Part shown: positions 7,656 through 16,719 of the stretch, piece by piece | How the letters are laid out: the number at the start of each line of letters is the position of its first letter | How positions within the stretch are numbered: position 1 is the stretch's first letter | Source of the DNA: Parcubacteria group bacterium | GTDB lineage: Bacteria; Patescibacteriota; Patescibacteriia; UBA2169 | Length of the DNA: 64,000 nucleotides | Direction: 5' to 3' | NCBI GenBank assembly: GCA_016181765.1 | Contig: JACOYR010000004.1 | Span: forward strand, 201,853-265,852 | Translations under genes and position numbers: made by a program | The notes under the pieces: generated by a model | The model's input: only the letters and a program-made list of their open reading frames with translations | Database searches by the model: none | What the model was told of the DNA's origin: nothing

Positions 7656-10136
7656 ATGCAAAAACAGTTCACAATCTATTTTATTCTTATTTTTATTCTA
7701 GGATTAACTTCGCTTAATTTTATTCAAAAAGTAAAAGCGTCAGATATTCCTGTGCCTATTGCCTACTGGAACCTTAACGACCAGGATGCTATAAATGCTG
7801 GCTTAGCATCCGATCAAATGGGTAACTATAATATGCAAATAGTTGACGGTACTTGGGATAGTAATGCATATGATGGCGGTTCTGTTGTTTTTAGTTGCAT
7901 GAAAACTGATTATAATGCTTGCGGGGCAAAAATCAGTAACGCCCTGCCAGAATTGAGCAAGTTTACTATATTATACAGAGTAAAATTAAAAGGTCCTATT
8001 AACAATACTCTTCGCCGCATCGTTGATTCAACGGGAGGATTTCATACATATTTTGACGGAAACTCAATCATGATTTCAGGAAACGGCATGAAAAATAGTA
8101 TTGATGAACCAATCAGTGTCAGCGAAAATTGGTATCATTTCGCAGTTGTTTACGACAATGCCGATGGTTATTATTTTTATAAAAATGGAAATTTAGCTGA
8201 ATACTCTACGACATCAGGCAATAAGATAAGCAGTGGGATCTGGTCCTTTGGGTATGGTGGTGGTGTCCAGGGCGATGCGAGTGCAAATATTATCCAACTT
8301 GATGAAATAAAAATATATGACACAGCACTTACCTCAGATCAAATTTTAGAAGAAAATAATTACAACGAAATAAGGTGTAAAGCAGATATTTACCAATATG
8401 GTGAGTGGGGCTCATGTCAGCCTGACGGCACAAAAACCAGAACTGCGACCAAAACGTTTAACTGTCCTTATACAAATAATGAACCAGAAAATGCAACAAC
8501 AAGTTGTAGCTATATTCCGCCTACTTGTACTTCTTGGCAATACTCAAACTGGTCGCAGTGTTCGAATAGTGGCCAACAAATAAGAACTATTATTTCATCT
8601 TCGCCAAGTGGCTGTGTTGATGGAAAGCCAATTTTAAATCAAAGTTGTAATTATACTCCTGTTTGTACAGTCAATAATTGGTCGTGTGATAATTGGTCGG
8701 GTTGTTCTTCTGGTGGAACTCAAACCAGATCCTGTAATAAAATTTCAAATTGCGAGGGTGGAATTTCCGCCCCGACCACCTCTCAATCCTGTACCTACAC
8801 TCCGACTTGTTCGGCAGACACTTGGCAGTGTGAAAATTGGGGGTCTTGCTCGCCACAAGGAATACAGGCAAGAAGCTGTACCAGAACCTATGACTGCCCG
8901 TCCGCTGAAACAGCGGCCCCGGCGACATCGCAATATTGCGTAGCCCCAAACCAGCCCAAACAACAATCACCGACCGAGGATTTGGGCATAGTAAACCAAA
9001 GCACAATTATAAAATCCACAGTTAAGCTTGTTTGTCCCGTAAATAGCACCACCGCAAGCCAAGGTTCGGGCACAGTTATCAATTCAACCGGCTTAATTTT
9101 GACCAATAAACACGTCATTGACGATACAGCCGGATGTCTAGTCGGGTTTATTGATGATTATGGCGATGAACCGTATTTTGGCGACAGGCAGATCGCTGAT
9201 ATTTACAAAATATCCAGCGATGCTGATGTTGCTGTTTTGAAATTGAGAAATCCAAGCAACAAGCCGCTAACCTCGATCAGTATTTCTCAAAGCAACAGCA
9301 ACAACATCAAATTGGGAGAAATACTTACTACCTACGGCTATCCGGCAAAATTCGGCACAAAAATAACCTACACCAGCGGCGATTTTAGCGGCGTGGACGG
9401 CAATTATCTGAAAACAACCGCTATTATTGAGCACGGCAATTCCGGCGGAGGCGCGTATTTAAAAAATGGCGCGTTTATCGGCATTCCAACCGCCGTAGTA
9501 AAAGGCAGTTTAAACTCCTTGGGCTATTTACTGTCAATCAATAAAGTAAACAGCTGGCTTAATAATTCTATAGCATATAACTACAATAATAATGACAATA
9601 ATTATTCGCGGGTTTCGGCTTTGTTAGAAGATATAAATTTGAACACTCTTGATTCTTTGGGCCTGTTCTTGCCTGGAGATGAGAAAAATCTTAAAACCCA
9701 AACAGAAAGCCAAAGCGTAATAGCCGAAGAAAAATTGTTGACCACCAAAATTGACAGCAGTTTATCAAGAAGAGTGAGTGGAAATATTCTGTTGCAGGTG
9801 GAAAAGAAAGGCGAAGGGTGGTATGTATATCCGGATAATAAAAAGAAGTATTATTTAGGCCGTCCGGCAGACGCTTTTAGCATTATGCGGAATTTGGGAT
9901 TGGGAATCAAACACAGCGAACTTAGCATTTATCTCAATTCAAAATTTCCCAGCAGATTATCCGGGAAAATATTATTGGATGTTGAGCAAAAAGGCGAAGC
10001 GTATTATATCAATCCAAACGACTTAAAGGGCTACTACCTTAGCAAGCCAGCAGACGCATTCAGAATTATGCGAGAACTCGGGCTGGGAATCACTAATGAT
10101 GACATAAGGAAAATTGACGTTGGTGAGACAGAATAA
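7656..10136 (+). CDS. Secreted modular protease: LamG-like, Cys/Trp TSP1-like repeats, trypsin-like serine protease, duplicated C-terminal domain
   Basis: Signal peptide; WYHFAVVYD/LDEIKIYDTAL; four W-x-x-C repeat units; triad LTNKHVI / DVAVLKL / HGNSGG; 2x SG.ILL.VE.KGE.WY..P. Confidence 0.85.
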   Translation: MQKQFTIYFILIFILGLTSLNFIQKVKASDIPVPIAYWNLNDQDAINAGLASDQMGNYNMQIVDGTWDSNAYDGGSVVFSCMKTDYNACGAKISNALPELSKFTILYRVKLKGPINNTLRRIVDSTGGFHTYFDGNSIMISGNGMKNSIDEPISVSENWYHFAVVYDNADGYYFYKNGNLAEYSTTSGNKISSGIWSFGYGGGVQGDASANIIQLDEIKIYDTALTSDQILEENNYNEIRCKADIYQYGEWGSCQPDGTKTRTATKTFNCPYTNNEPENATTSCSYIPPTCTSWQYSNWSQCSNSGQQIRTIISSSPSGCVDGKPILNQSCNYTPVCTVNNWSCDNWSGCSSGGTQTRSCNKISNCEGGISAPTTSQSCTYTPTCSADTWQCENWGSCSPQGIQARSCTRTYDCPSAETAAPATSQYCVAPNQPKQQSPTEDLGIVNQSTIIKSTVKLVCPVNSTTASQGSGTVINSTGLILTNKHVIDDTAGCLVGFIDDYGDEPYFGDRQIADIYKISSDADVAVLKLRNPSNKPLTSISISQSNSNNIKLGEILTTYGYPAKFGTKITYTSGDFSGVDGNYLKTTAIIEHGNSGGGAYLKNGAFIGIPTAVVKGSLNSLGYLLSINKVNSWLNNSIAYNYNNNDNNYSRVSALLEDINLNTLDSLGLFLPGDEKNLKTQTESQSVIAEEKLLTTKIDSSLSRRVSGNILLQVEKKGEGWYVYPDNKKKYYLGRPADAFSIMRNLGLGIKHSELSIYLNSKFPSRLSGKILLDVEQKGEAYYINPNDLKGYYLSKPADAFRIMRELGLGITNDDIRKIDVGETE

Positions 10137-10169
10137 AAATATCCAATTATTTGTAGACATCTTTCTTGT

Positions 10170-10251
10170 CTTATTCTAATATATATGCTATTATTAGAAT
10201 AAGCTAATTCTTTATTATAACCGTTAGAATAACGAAACTCCTTATTCTAAC
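10170..10251 (+). promoter_or_regulatory. Promoter with repeated TTATTCTAA/TTAGAATAA operator boxes
   Basis: Four or five copies in both orientations overlapping TTGTCT-17-TATTAT upstream of the Fic gene. Confidence 0.55.
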
Positions 10252-10259
10252 CGCAAAAT

Positions 10260-11360
10260 ATGGCTAACCAACCCTTTAATCCGCCCGCCTTACCGCCAAA
10301 AATCAACTATGAGCCACTGATTGACCATATTATCAGGGCCCACCGCGCCCTGGCCGGGCTTGATTCCCTGCTTGGCGCTTTACCCAACCCGAACCTATTG
10401 GGCCGAACCATGCAAACCAAAGAAGCGGTGGAAAGTTCAAAAATAGAGGGTACCCAAGCCACGATCAACGAAGTCTTGGCGTATGAAGCGGAACCGGGGA
10501 AAAAGGAAGATGCCAAGAAAAAACAAGACATAAACGAGATTATAAATTACCGCCAGGCTTTGGACTTGGGAGTAAAAAGTTTAACCACACTGCCGTTGTC
10601 CGAAAACTTGATTAAAAAACTGCATGCCACCCTGCTTAAATCCGGCCGGGGCGCCAATAAAGCGCCGGGTGAATTTAGAAAAATACAGGTGTACATCGGC
10701 AAGCCCGGAGCCACTATTTCCGAAGCGTCATATATTCCCCCGGCTGCTAACGGCATAATCTCCTTATTCAGCAATTTGGAAAAATACCTTAATAGCGGCG
10801 ATGAAAAAGACAAATTAGTGCAAATCGCGGTGGCCCATTATCAATTTGAAGCTATCCACCCTTTTTTGGACGGCAACGGCCGGGTCGGCCGGCTGATTAT
10901 CTCTCTGTTTTTGTACGAGAAAAAATTATTATCGCACCCGTTTCTGTATTTGAGCGAATTTTTTGAGGAGCACCGCCGGGATTATTACGAATTATTGAGC
11001 AATGTGAGCGCCAAGCAGGATTGGGAAAGCTGGATAAAATTTTTCTTGAACGCCCTGGCCACCCAAGCCCAAAAAGCCGAAGCCATTGGCAAGGAAATTC
11101 TGAAACTCCACAGCGGCTATAAAGAAAAAATTATAGCCATCAACTCCATGTATGCCAATAACTTATTGGACGCGATTTTTATTCGGCCGATTTTTACCAC
11201 TGCCAGCCTGCGGCCGCACGTTAAAATGAAAAATACCCAGACATTTTTCAGCTTAGTGGCAAAATTCGCCGCCGCCGGAATTTTAGAAGAAGCCAACCCC
11301 AAAAAAAGACGCAATAAAGTTTATGTCTTCACGGAATTAATGAAGCTTTTGAATAAATAA
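10260..11360 (+). CDS. Fic family protein (class II) with C-terminal wHTH-like region
   Basis: Canonical HPFLDGNGRVGR motif and N-terminal inhibitory SSKIEG. Confidence 0.92.
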   Translation: MANQPFNPPALPPKINYEPLIDHIIRAHRALAGLDSLLGALPNPNLLGRTMQTKEAVESSKIEGTQATINEVLAYEAEPGKKEDAKKKQDINEIINYRQALDLGVKSLTTLPLSENLIKKLHATLLKSGRGANKAPGEFRKIQVYIGKPGATISEASYIPPAANGIISLFSNLEKYLNSGDEKDKLVQIAVAHYQFEAIHPFLDGNGRVGRLIISLFLYEKKLLSHPFLYLSEFFEEHRRDYYELLSNVSAKQDWESWIKFFLNALATQAQKAEAIGKEILKLHSGYKEKIIAINSMYANNLLDAIFIRPIFTTASLRPHVKMKNTQTFFSLVAKFAAAGILEEANPKKRRNKVYVFTELMKLLNK

Positions 11361-11413
11361 AGAGTTTTGGGCAAAGGGCATTCACCCCTAACCCCTCTGC
11401 CCCTTGCCCAAAA
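11361..11413 (+). repeat. Hairpin repeat preceding attC (copy 1)
   Basis: agagttttgggcaaagggcattcacccctaacccctctgcccttgcccaaaac, near identical to 12657-12710. Confidence 0.85.
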
Positions 11414-11485
11414 CAAAAAATAAATTTAAGATTTAAGAAAAAAAAGCCTACCAAAAGACATCAAAAAAAATATTTTTAGAACAGC

Positions 11486-11608
11486 GTATAACACTGAATA
11501 TGCGGTTCAAAAACATTGCCCCTTAGATATGATCGGTCGCAATGTTTTTTCACCCATATTTGCCTCCGCTACGCTTTGGCAAACATCGCATATTCAGGAA
11601 CGTTGTAA
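11486..11608 (+). repeat. attC-like site 2
   Basis: Same outer stem as site 1 (CTGAATATGCG/CGCATATTCAG-GAAC-GTT) and near-identical first inner hairpin. Confidence 0.75.
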
Positions 11609-11943
11609 CCGCTCAACAAGACCGTAGAGACCAAAACGATTATTTCCATCAGCAAATAAACATATTCGTAAAAAATTTGAGTGACGGCAATGAGGTGCAA
11701 ATCCTGTCCACCCAAGGAGATGTAAGAGAAACGGGATGGGTTAGTGCAAGCTTTAGTCCTGACAGCAAATACGGCGTATACAATCTAAACAAGCAGCTCT
11801 GGATTCTTGACGCTGAAACTGGAGAAAAAACACAGCTTACAACCGAGTTGAGAGAGTACCGCGAACCTCGTTGGTCTACGGACGGAAATAAAATTATCTA
11901 TACTACGGGTGAAGAAGTAAGATTAATTAAACTGACATTTTGA
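11605..11943 (+). pseudogene. 5'-truncated TolB/WD40-like beta-propeller fragment
   Basis: ASFSPDSK..., EPRWSTDGNKIIY repeats; no start codon after the attC. Confidence 0.55.
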
Positions 11944-12032
11944 TTCTATCAAATACATATATTTCCCTTGAACCTGCCCATGAGGCGGGCAGACACCCCA
12001 TTAGTTCCCCTCCGCCCTTTACCTATCAATTC

Positions 12033-12563
12033 ATGAAACCAACACCAAACAACTTCGCCTACATTGACGCCGCCAACTTGCACCGGGGCGTTATTCAGCT
12101 TGGCTGGCAATTGGATTACAAGAAATTCCGGATCTGGCTGAAAGAGAAATACGGCGTTAGCCAGGCCTATCTTTTCATCGGTCTGGTGCCCAAGCACAAA
12201 GATTTATACACCAGCTTGCAGGAAGCCGGCTTTACCCTTGTCTATAAAGAAATAACCTATGACGGCGAGGGCAAGGTCAAAGGAAATTGCGACGCTGATT
12301 TGGTGCTTAAAACCACCCGCGACGCTTACGAAAACTCGTTTGCGCAAGCGATTTTGGTTTCCAGCGACGGCGATTACGCCGGCTTGGTTAAATTTTTGCT
12401 GGAAAGAAACAAGTTCATGGGCATTATTTCCCCGTCAGTTTCGGCCAAATGTTCGGTGCTATTGAAACGGACCGGCGCGCGCATAGCGTACATCAATGAC
12501 CAGAGGTCCATATTGGAAATTACAAAAGGCGGCCAAAAAGAAAAAGCCCCCGGCCGGGACTAA
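12033..12563 (+). CDS. NYN domain (PIN-like) ribonuclease
   Basis: AYIDAANL, KGNCDADLV, LVSSDGDYA acidic motifs; probable ATG at 12033. Confidence 0.9.
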   Translation: MKPTPNNFAYIDAANLHRGVIQLGWQLDYKKFRIWLKEKYGVSQAYLFIGLVPKHKDLYTSLQEAGFTLVYKEITYDGEGKVKGNCDADLVLKTTRDAYENSFAQAILVSSDGDYAGLVKFLLERNKFMGIISPSVSAKCSVLLKRTGARIAYINDQRSILEITKGGQKEKAPGRD

Positions 12564-12656
12564 CCCCGGCAAGGGTCTTTTTCGTAGTGATAAATACAGT
12601 ATAGCAGTTTGAGGCAAAAAGTCAATATAACTTATAAACAGCCCAAAAACAGACAA

Positions 12657-12710
12657 AGAGTTTTGGGCAAAGGGCATTCACCCCTAACCCCTCTGCCCTT
12701 TGCCTAAAAC
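12657..12710 (+). repeat. Hairpin repeat preceding attC (copy 2)
   Basis: Direct repeat of 11361-11413. Confidence 0.85.
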
Positions 12711-12779
12711 GGAAAAAACTTATTTTAAAATTTAAGAAAAAGCCGATTGAAGAAAAATTCAAAGAAAAAAAATTACATC

Positions 12780-12898
12780 GCGCAACAGCGCATATGAGGT
12801 TCGGGAAAAAGCGATAATTTGATATAATCAAGGTGTCGCCTTTCCCCTCTCCCAAACCCGCCAAGGAGGCGGGCTTCTCATATGCGCGAACGTTCTGC
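12780..12898 (+). repeat. attC-like site 3 (divergent)
   Basis: CGCAAC-A-GCGCATATGAG...CTCATATGCGC-GAAC-GTT with two inner hairpins, same geometry as sites 1 and 2. Confidence 0.7.
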
Positions 12899-12926
12899 GA
12901 AATAAAATAATTTTATTCAATTTTTT

Positions 12927-13183
12927 ATGAGTATAGAAAGACCTGAAAACATACAAGAACAGCTTCGGGAAATTTTTTTAAAGGAAGAATATACCTGTCG
13001 CCGGAACAATTAAAAATCATTGATTTCTTGGACCAGATGGGGCGCATTGTCGTTAAAGACGCGGAAGAGATATTGTCCTGCCCGCGGCGCACGGCGCAAT
13101 TGCACTTGCAAAAATTAAAAAAGATTAAAATGATTAAAGCCACCGGCAAAGGCAAATCCACCGCCTATATCGCCAATAAATAA
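12927..13183 (+). pseudogene. Chimeric remnant ending in a winged-HTH C-terminus
   Basis: Short ATG ORF followed out of frame by IYLSPEQLKIIDFL...RRTAQLHLQKL...GKGKSTAY*. Confidence 0.5.
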
Positions 13184-13213
13184 TAAGGGTGTTTAAGGCG
13201 CGCGGTATGTATG

Positions 13214-13792
13214 CTACGCCATAAGCACGTTCGCGCGCTGCGGCTTCCAGAGCACGGTGATGGCGCTCGCGAACGCGAGGCCGGACATCAACACAAACAG
13301 CGCGTCAAAGCCATACTTTGACGCAATCACGGCGCCGGCCACGGACCCGACTGCAGTGGTGTAGTAGGTCATGGCCTCCCACACGCCCCACTGGCGCGCC
13401 GGATGCCGGAAATCCAGGTGCTGGGAATACAACGCGGAAAACGGGGGCGCGTACACTGCCTGCCCGGCTCCGATCACCGCCTCAACGATAAGCAGGGTTG
13501 CGAACGAATCAACCAACGTGTACAAAGCAAACCCAAGTCCGATGATCGCGTACCCGATGCCCACGAACACCCTGCGCGAACCAGACCAGTCGCTCGCCTT
13601 CCCCACAACCAAGGTAAGGGTGCCCGCGACCACGGCGAACACCCCTCCGGCAATGCCCGCATTCAAAATAGAGCCGCCCACATCAGCGATAAACAGCGCG
13701 TAAATGGGCCCAAGCATTGCTTCGGCAAGGAAAATCAGCCCATTGGTGATGAGCAAAAACTGGCGGATTTTGTTGTGCTTCTTTGGTGCCAT
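13214..13792 (-). CDS. Half-size (about 6 TM) MFS transporter
   Basis: MFS motif A GKASDWSGSRR and about six hydrophobic helices in ~190 aa. Confidence 0.8.
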   Translation of the reverse strand: MAPKKHNKIRQFLLITNGLIFLAEAMLGPIYALFIADVGGSILNAGIAGGVFAVVAGTLTLVVGKASDWSGSRRVFVGIGYAIIGLGFALYTLVDSFATLLIVEAVIGAGQAVYAPPFSALYSQHLDFRHPARQWGVWEAMTYYTTAVGSVAGAVIASKYGFDALFVLMSGLAFASAITVLWKPQRANVLMA

Positions 13793-13982
13793 ATCACGAT
13801 ACAAAAAACCCACACGCTGACTAGCGCGAGCTTGATAATAATGAGGCCCCGGAAAGGTAGAAAATGATGTTTTGTCGGGGCATATATACTATACCACAGC
13901 TAATAAAAAAATACAAGCTTGTGCTCTTTCCGAAAAAATGTGATATAATAACACCGCATTTTTCATCACTTAAAAAACAGAT

Positions 13983-16712
13983 ATGCAACACAAACCATAC
14001 CTGGGCTTGATCATGGCGCTCGCGCTCGCGCTCGCATCCCCTGCCCTCGCGCAGGATGAAGCCACAACCGAGGAGGCTGCGGTGGACGCGGCCGTGCAGG
14101 AAGCAGCTGCTGAAGAAGCCGTGGACGCGGTCATTGAGGAAGTCGGGCTCTCTCCGGAAGCGCTGGAAGACGAAGTCGTCACCGAACAGGATCTGGAAGC
14201 CGAGACCCCGGGCAGGTTCCATTTCCTGACGAAAATCAAGCGCACGGTCCAGCGCACCATCACGCGCGATCCCATCAAAAAAGCCGAGTACCGCATTGAG
14301 GAGGCGCACGAGGAACTGTTGCGCGCCAAAAAGCTCGTGGAAGAGAACCCGGATGACGAGGGAGCGCAGGAGCGCGCCCAGGAAGCGCTCGGTGATTTTG
14401 AGCGCAATATAGAAAAGGTAAAAGACCAGGCAGCGGACATCAAAGAGAAAAAGGCGGACCAGGCCGGCGCGTTCTTGGAAAAAATAGCGGACTTCCAGAT
14501 CAAGCAGCAAAAAATGCTTGATAATTTGGAGGAGAAGCTTCCGGAGCAGGCCTTTGCAAAAGTGCAGGAAGCGCGCCAGCGGTCCATAGCGAACCAGTCC
14601 CAGGTCATGGCCCAGGTGGCCGAAAACCAACAGCAGATCGCAGAACGCTTCAGCGCGGCGTTTGAGAAGCAGCGCGGCAGTGAATTCCGGGACTTCAAAA
14701 ACATTGAAATGATGGAACAGATGTCCGAGTTCATTCCGGACGAAATGAAAACCGCCATTGAGCAGGCAAAAACAGAGGCCCGCGCCCGGTTTGAAACGCA
14801 GATCCAGTCCCTTTCTGGAGATGCGCGCAACCAGGGGTTCAAGCGGTACGTGGAAAACATTAGTGGAGATCCGGTCAGCCAGATGCGCGCCCTGGACAAC
14901 ATAAAATCCCAAGCCGACCTTCCGGACGAATTTTTCGCAAGCATGGAGGCCGCAAAGGAAAAAACCATCAATAAGTTTGAAGAGCGCTTCCGGAGGTTTG
15001 CGGATCCCGCAAACCGCGAAGCGTTCCTGAACGAGTTCTCAAACGGCAGCCCGGAAAATTTGCGCGCCATGCAGCAAATCCAGGAAAACGTGCCCCCGGA
15101 AATCAAGCAGGAAATAGAGCGCAAAGAAACCCAATCAATCCAGCGGTTCAAGGAGCGGTTTGTGGATGATCCGGATGCGCAGTCCCGCGCCGGCAAGTTC
15201 CAGGAGCTCGCCAAAAAAATGCGCGAAAACCCGGACCCCGCAACTTTCGCCGCCATCCAGCAGATTGAGCAGAACCTGCCCCCGGAACAGCGCGCGTTCG
15301 TAGAAGGCCTCAAGCAGGAAGCCCAGGCCGGGTTCCAAGAACAGTTCCGGCAAGACCAGGGCACGTTCCTCAAGCGCATCCAGAGCTTTGACCCGAACGC
15401 CATCCAGCAACTGCAACAGTTTGGCGGAGACGCTCCGGCAGAGTTCCAGGGGATCATCAGCCAGGCTGTAAACGGGCAAATTGATTTTACGCGCCAGCGG
15501 CTCCAGCAGTTTGACGATCCTGCAAGGTTTGAGCGGTTCAAACAGCAGATTGACCAGAACGCGGGCATCCGTCAGCAGATTGAGGCGCGGTACGCTGATT
15601 TCGGGAGCCAATTGCAGAACAAGGGCCAGGAAATAGAGGGCATCAAGCAGCAGATTGAACAGGGCTTCAGCCAGCGGATTGAACAGGAACGCCAGATGAG
15701 AACCGAGCAGGGCTTGCCTGACTTTTCGCAAGAGGAGCTTACAAACATCAAAGAGCGCTTCTTCCTGCGGCCCCAGCTCGGCATTGAACAGGGCGTGGCC
15801 GACCAGTTCCGCCAAGTGCAGGAACAACAGGTCCAGAGGGAGTTCCAAAACCAATTCCGCGAGCAAGCGGTACAGCAGGGCTTGCAGGGAGACCAGCTGA
15901 ATAATTTCCTGAAACAGCAGGGCATCAGCGAAGACGAACAGCGCTCGTTTGAGCAGGGCCCCCCGCAGGGCGGCCAGCAGTTCCGCGAGTTTCAGAATGT
16001 GCCGAGCGACATCCAGCAAAAGCTCCAGGAGCAGTTCCAGAACCGCGAGCAGGACCTCAAACAGCAGATCCAGCGCCAGGGCGCGGTTCCCCAGGAAATT
16101 CTGCAGAGGGTCCAGCAACAGCAGCAATTCCAGCAGTTCCGAGAGCAGAACCAAGGACAAAACAACCGAGAGCAAGGCGGCCAGCCTAATGAGGCCAGGA
16201 CCGAAAACAGCGGCCGCGCCATAGAAAACCAGCGCCAAGAGTCCGGGCGCTCCCTGGAGCAGCTGCGGGAAGACCTCAAGCAGAACAGCCCTTCCGGAAC
16301 CAAGATTAACGAGCAGCCGTTTGAGGATGCCAAACGCGCGGTGGAGCGCCAGGCCGAATTCCTAAAACAGCAGCAGGAAAACCAACGCGAAAGCCAGAAG
16401 CAGGAACAGCAATTCCAGCCGCCTTCTCAAAATTCTTTCCAGCCGCCCCGAACAGAGCAGCAACAACAGCCCCAGAGCTTCACCCAGCCGCAAGAGTTCA
16501 AACAGCCGGAGAACAGCGGACCATCATTCAATAGCGGCCCCTCATCTGGAGGTTCCGGGAGCTTTTCTCCCCCTCCGTCCGGCGGCAACTTCTCTTCGGG
16601 CGGCGGTGGCGGCAACACGCCGCCTCCTCCCCCGCCTTCCGGCGGCGGATCCTCAAGCGGGCCCGGCCCCTCGTCCGGCGGCGGCACTCCGCCTCCTCCC
16701 CCGCCGCAGTAA
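13983..16712 (+). CDS. Large secreted Q/E/F-rich helical protein (DUF5667-like N-domain, Pro/Gly/Ser tail)
   Basis: Signal peptide, PGRFHFLTKIKRTVQ..DPIKKAE motif, low-complexity body and tail. Confidence 0.85.
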   Translation: MQHKPYLGLIMALALALASPALAQDEATTEEAAVDAAVQEAAAEEAVDAVIEEVGLSPEALEDEVVTEQDLEAETPGRFHFLTKIKRTVQRTITRDPIKKAEYRIEEAHEELLRAKKLVEENPDDEGAQERAQEALGDFERNIEKVKDQAADIKEKKADQAGAFLEKIADFQIKQQKMLDNLEEKLPEQAFAKVQEARQRSIANQSQVMAQVAENQQQIAERFSAAFEKQRGSEFRDFKNIEMMEQMSEFIPDEMKTAIEQAKTEARARFETQIQSLSGDARNQGFKRYVENISGDPVSQMRALDNIKSQADLPDEFFASMEAAKEKTINKFEERFRRFADPANREAFLNEFSNGSPENLRAMQQIQENVPPEIKQEIERKETQSIQRFKERFVDDPDAQSRAGKFQELAKKMRENPDPATFAAIQQIEQNLPPEQRAFVEGLKQEAQAGFQEQFRQDQGTFLKRIQSFDPNAIQQLQQFGGDAPAEFQGIISQAVNGQIDFTRQRLQQFDDPARFERFKQQIDQNAGIRQQIEARYADFGSQLQNKGQEIEGIKQQIEQGFSQRIEQERQMRTEQGLPDFSQEELTNIKERFFLRPQLGIEQGVADQFRQVQEQQVQREFQNQFREQAVQQGLQGDQLNNFLKQQGISEDEQRSFEQGPPQGGQQFREFQNVPSDIQQKLQEQFQNREQDLKQQIQRQGAVPQEILQRVQQQQQFQQFREQNQGQNNREQGGQPNEARTENSGRAIENQRQESGRSLEQLREDLKQNSPSGTKINEQPFEDAKRAVERQAEFLKQQQENQRESQKQEQQFQPPSQNSFQPPRTEQQQQPQSFTQPQEFKQPENSGPSFNSGPSSGGSGSFSPPPSGGNFSSGGGGGNTPPPPPPSGGGSSSGPGPSSGGGTPPPPPPQ

Positions 16713-16719
16713 CCCTTTC

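Larger units (their letters stand above)
5344..13183. mobile_element. Integron-like locus: integrase, attI-like site and cassette array with three attC-like sites
   Basis: Integrase on minus strand, co-oriented AT-rich genes on plus strand, three related AAC...GTT palindromic sites, abrupt GC drop. Confidence 0.75.

Noticed and set aside
11542-11604. ATG at 11542 as start of a 133-aa gene
   Set aside because: Lies within the attC-like palindrome; only the downstream part looks like protein
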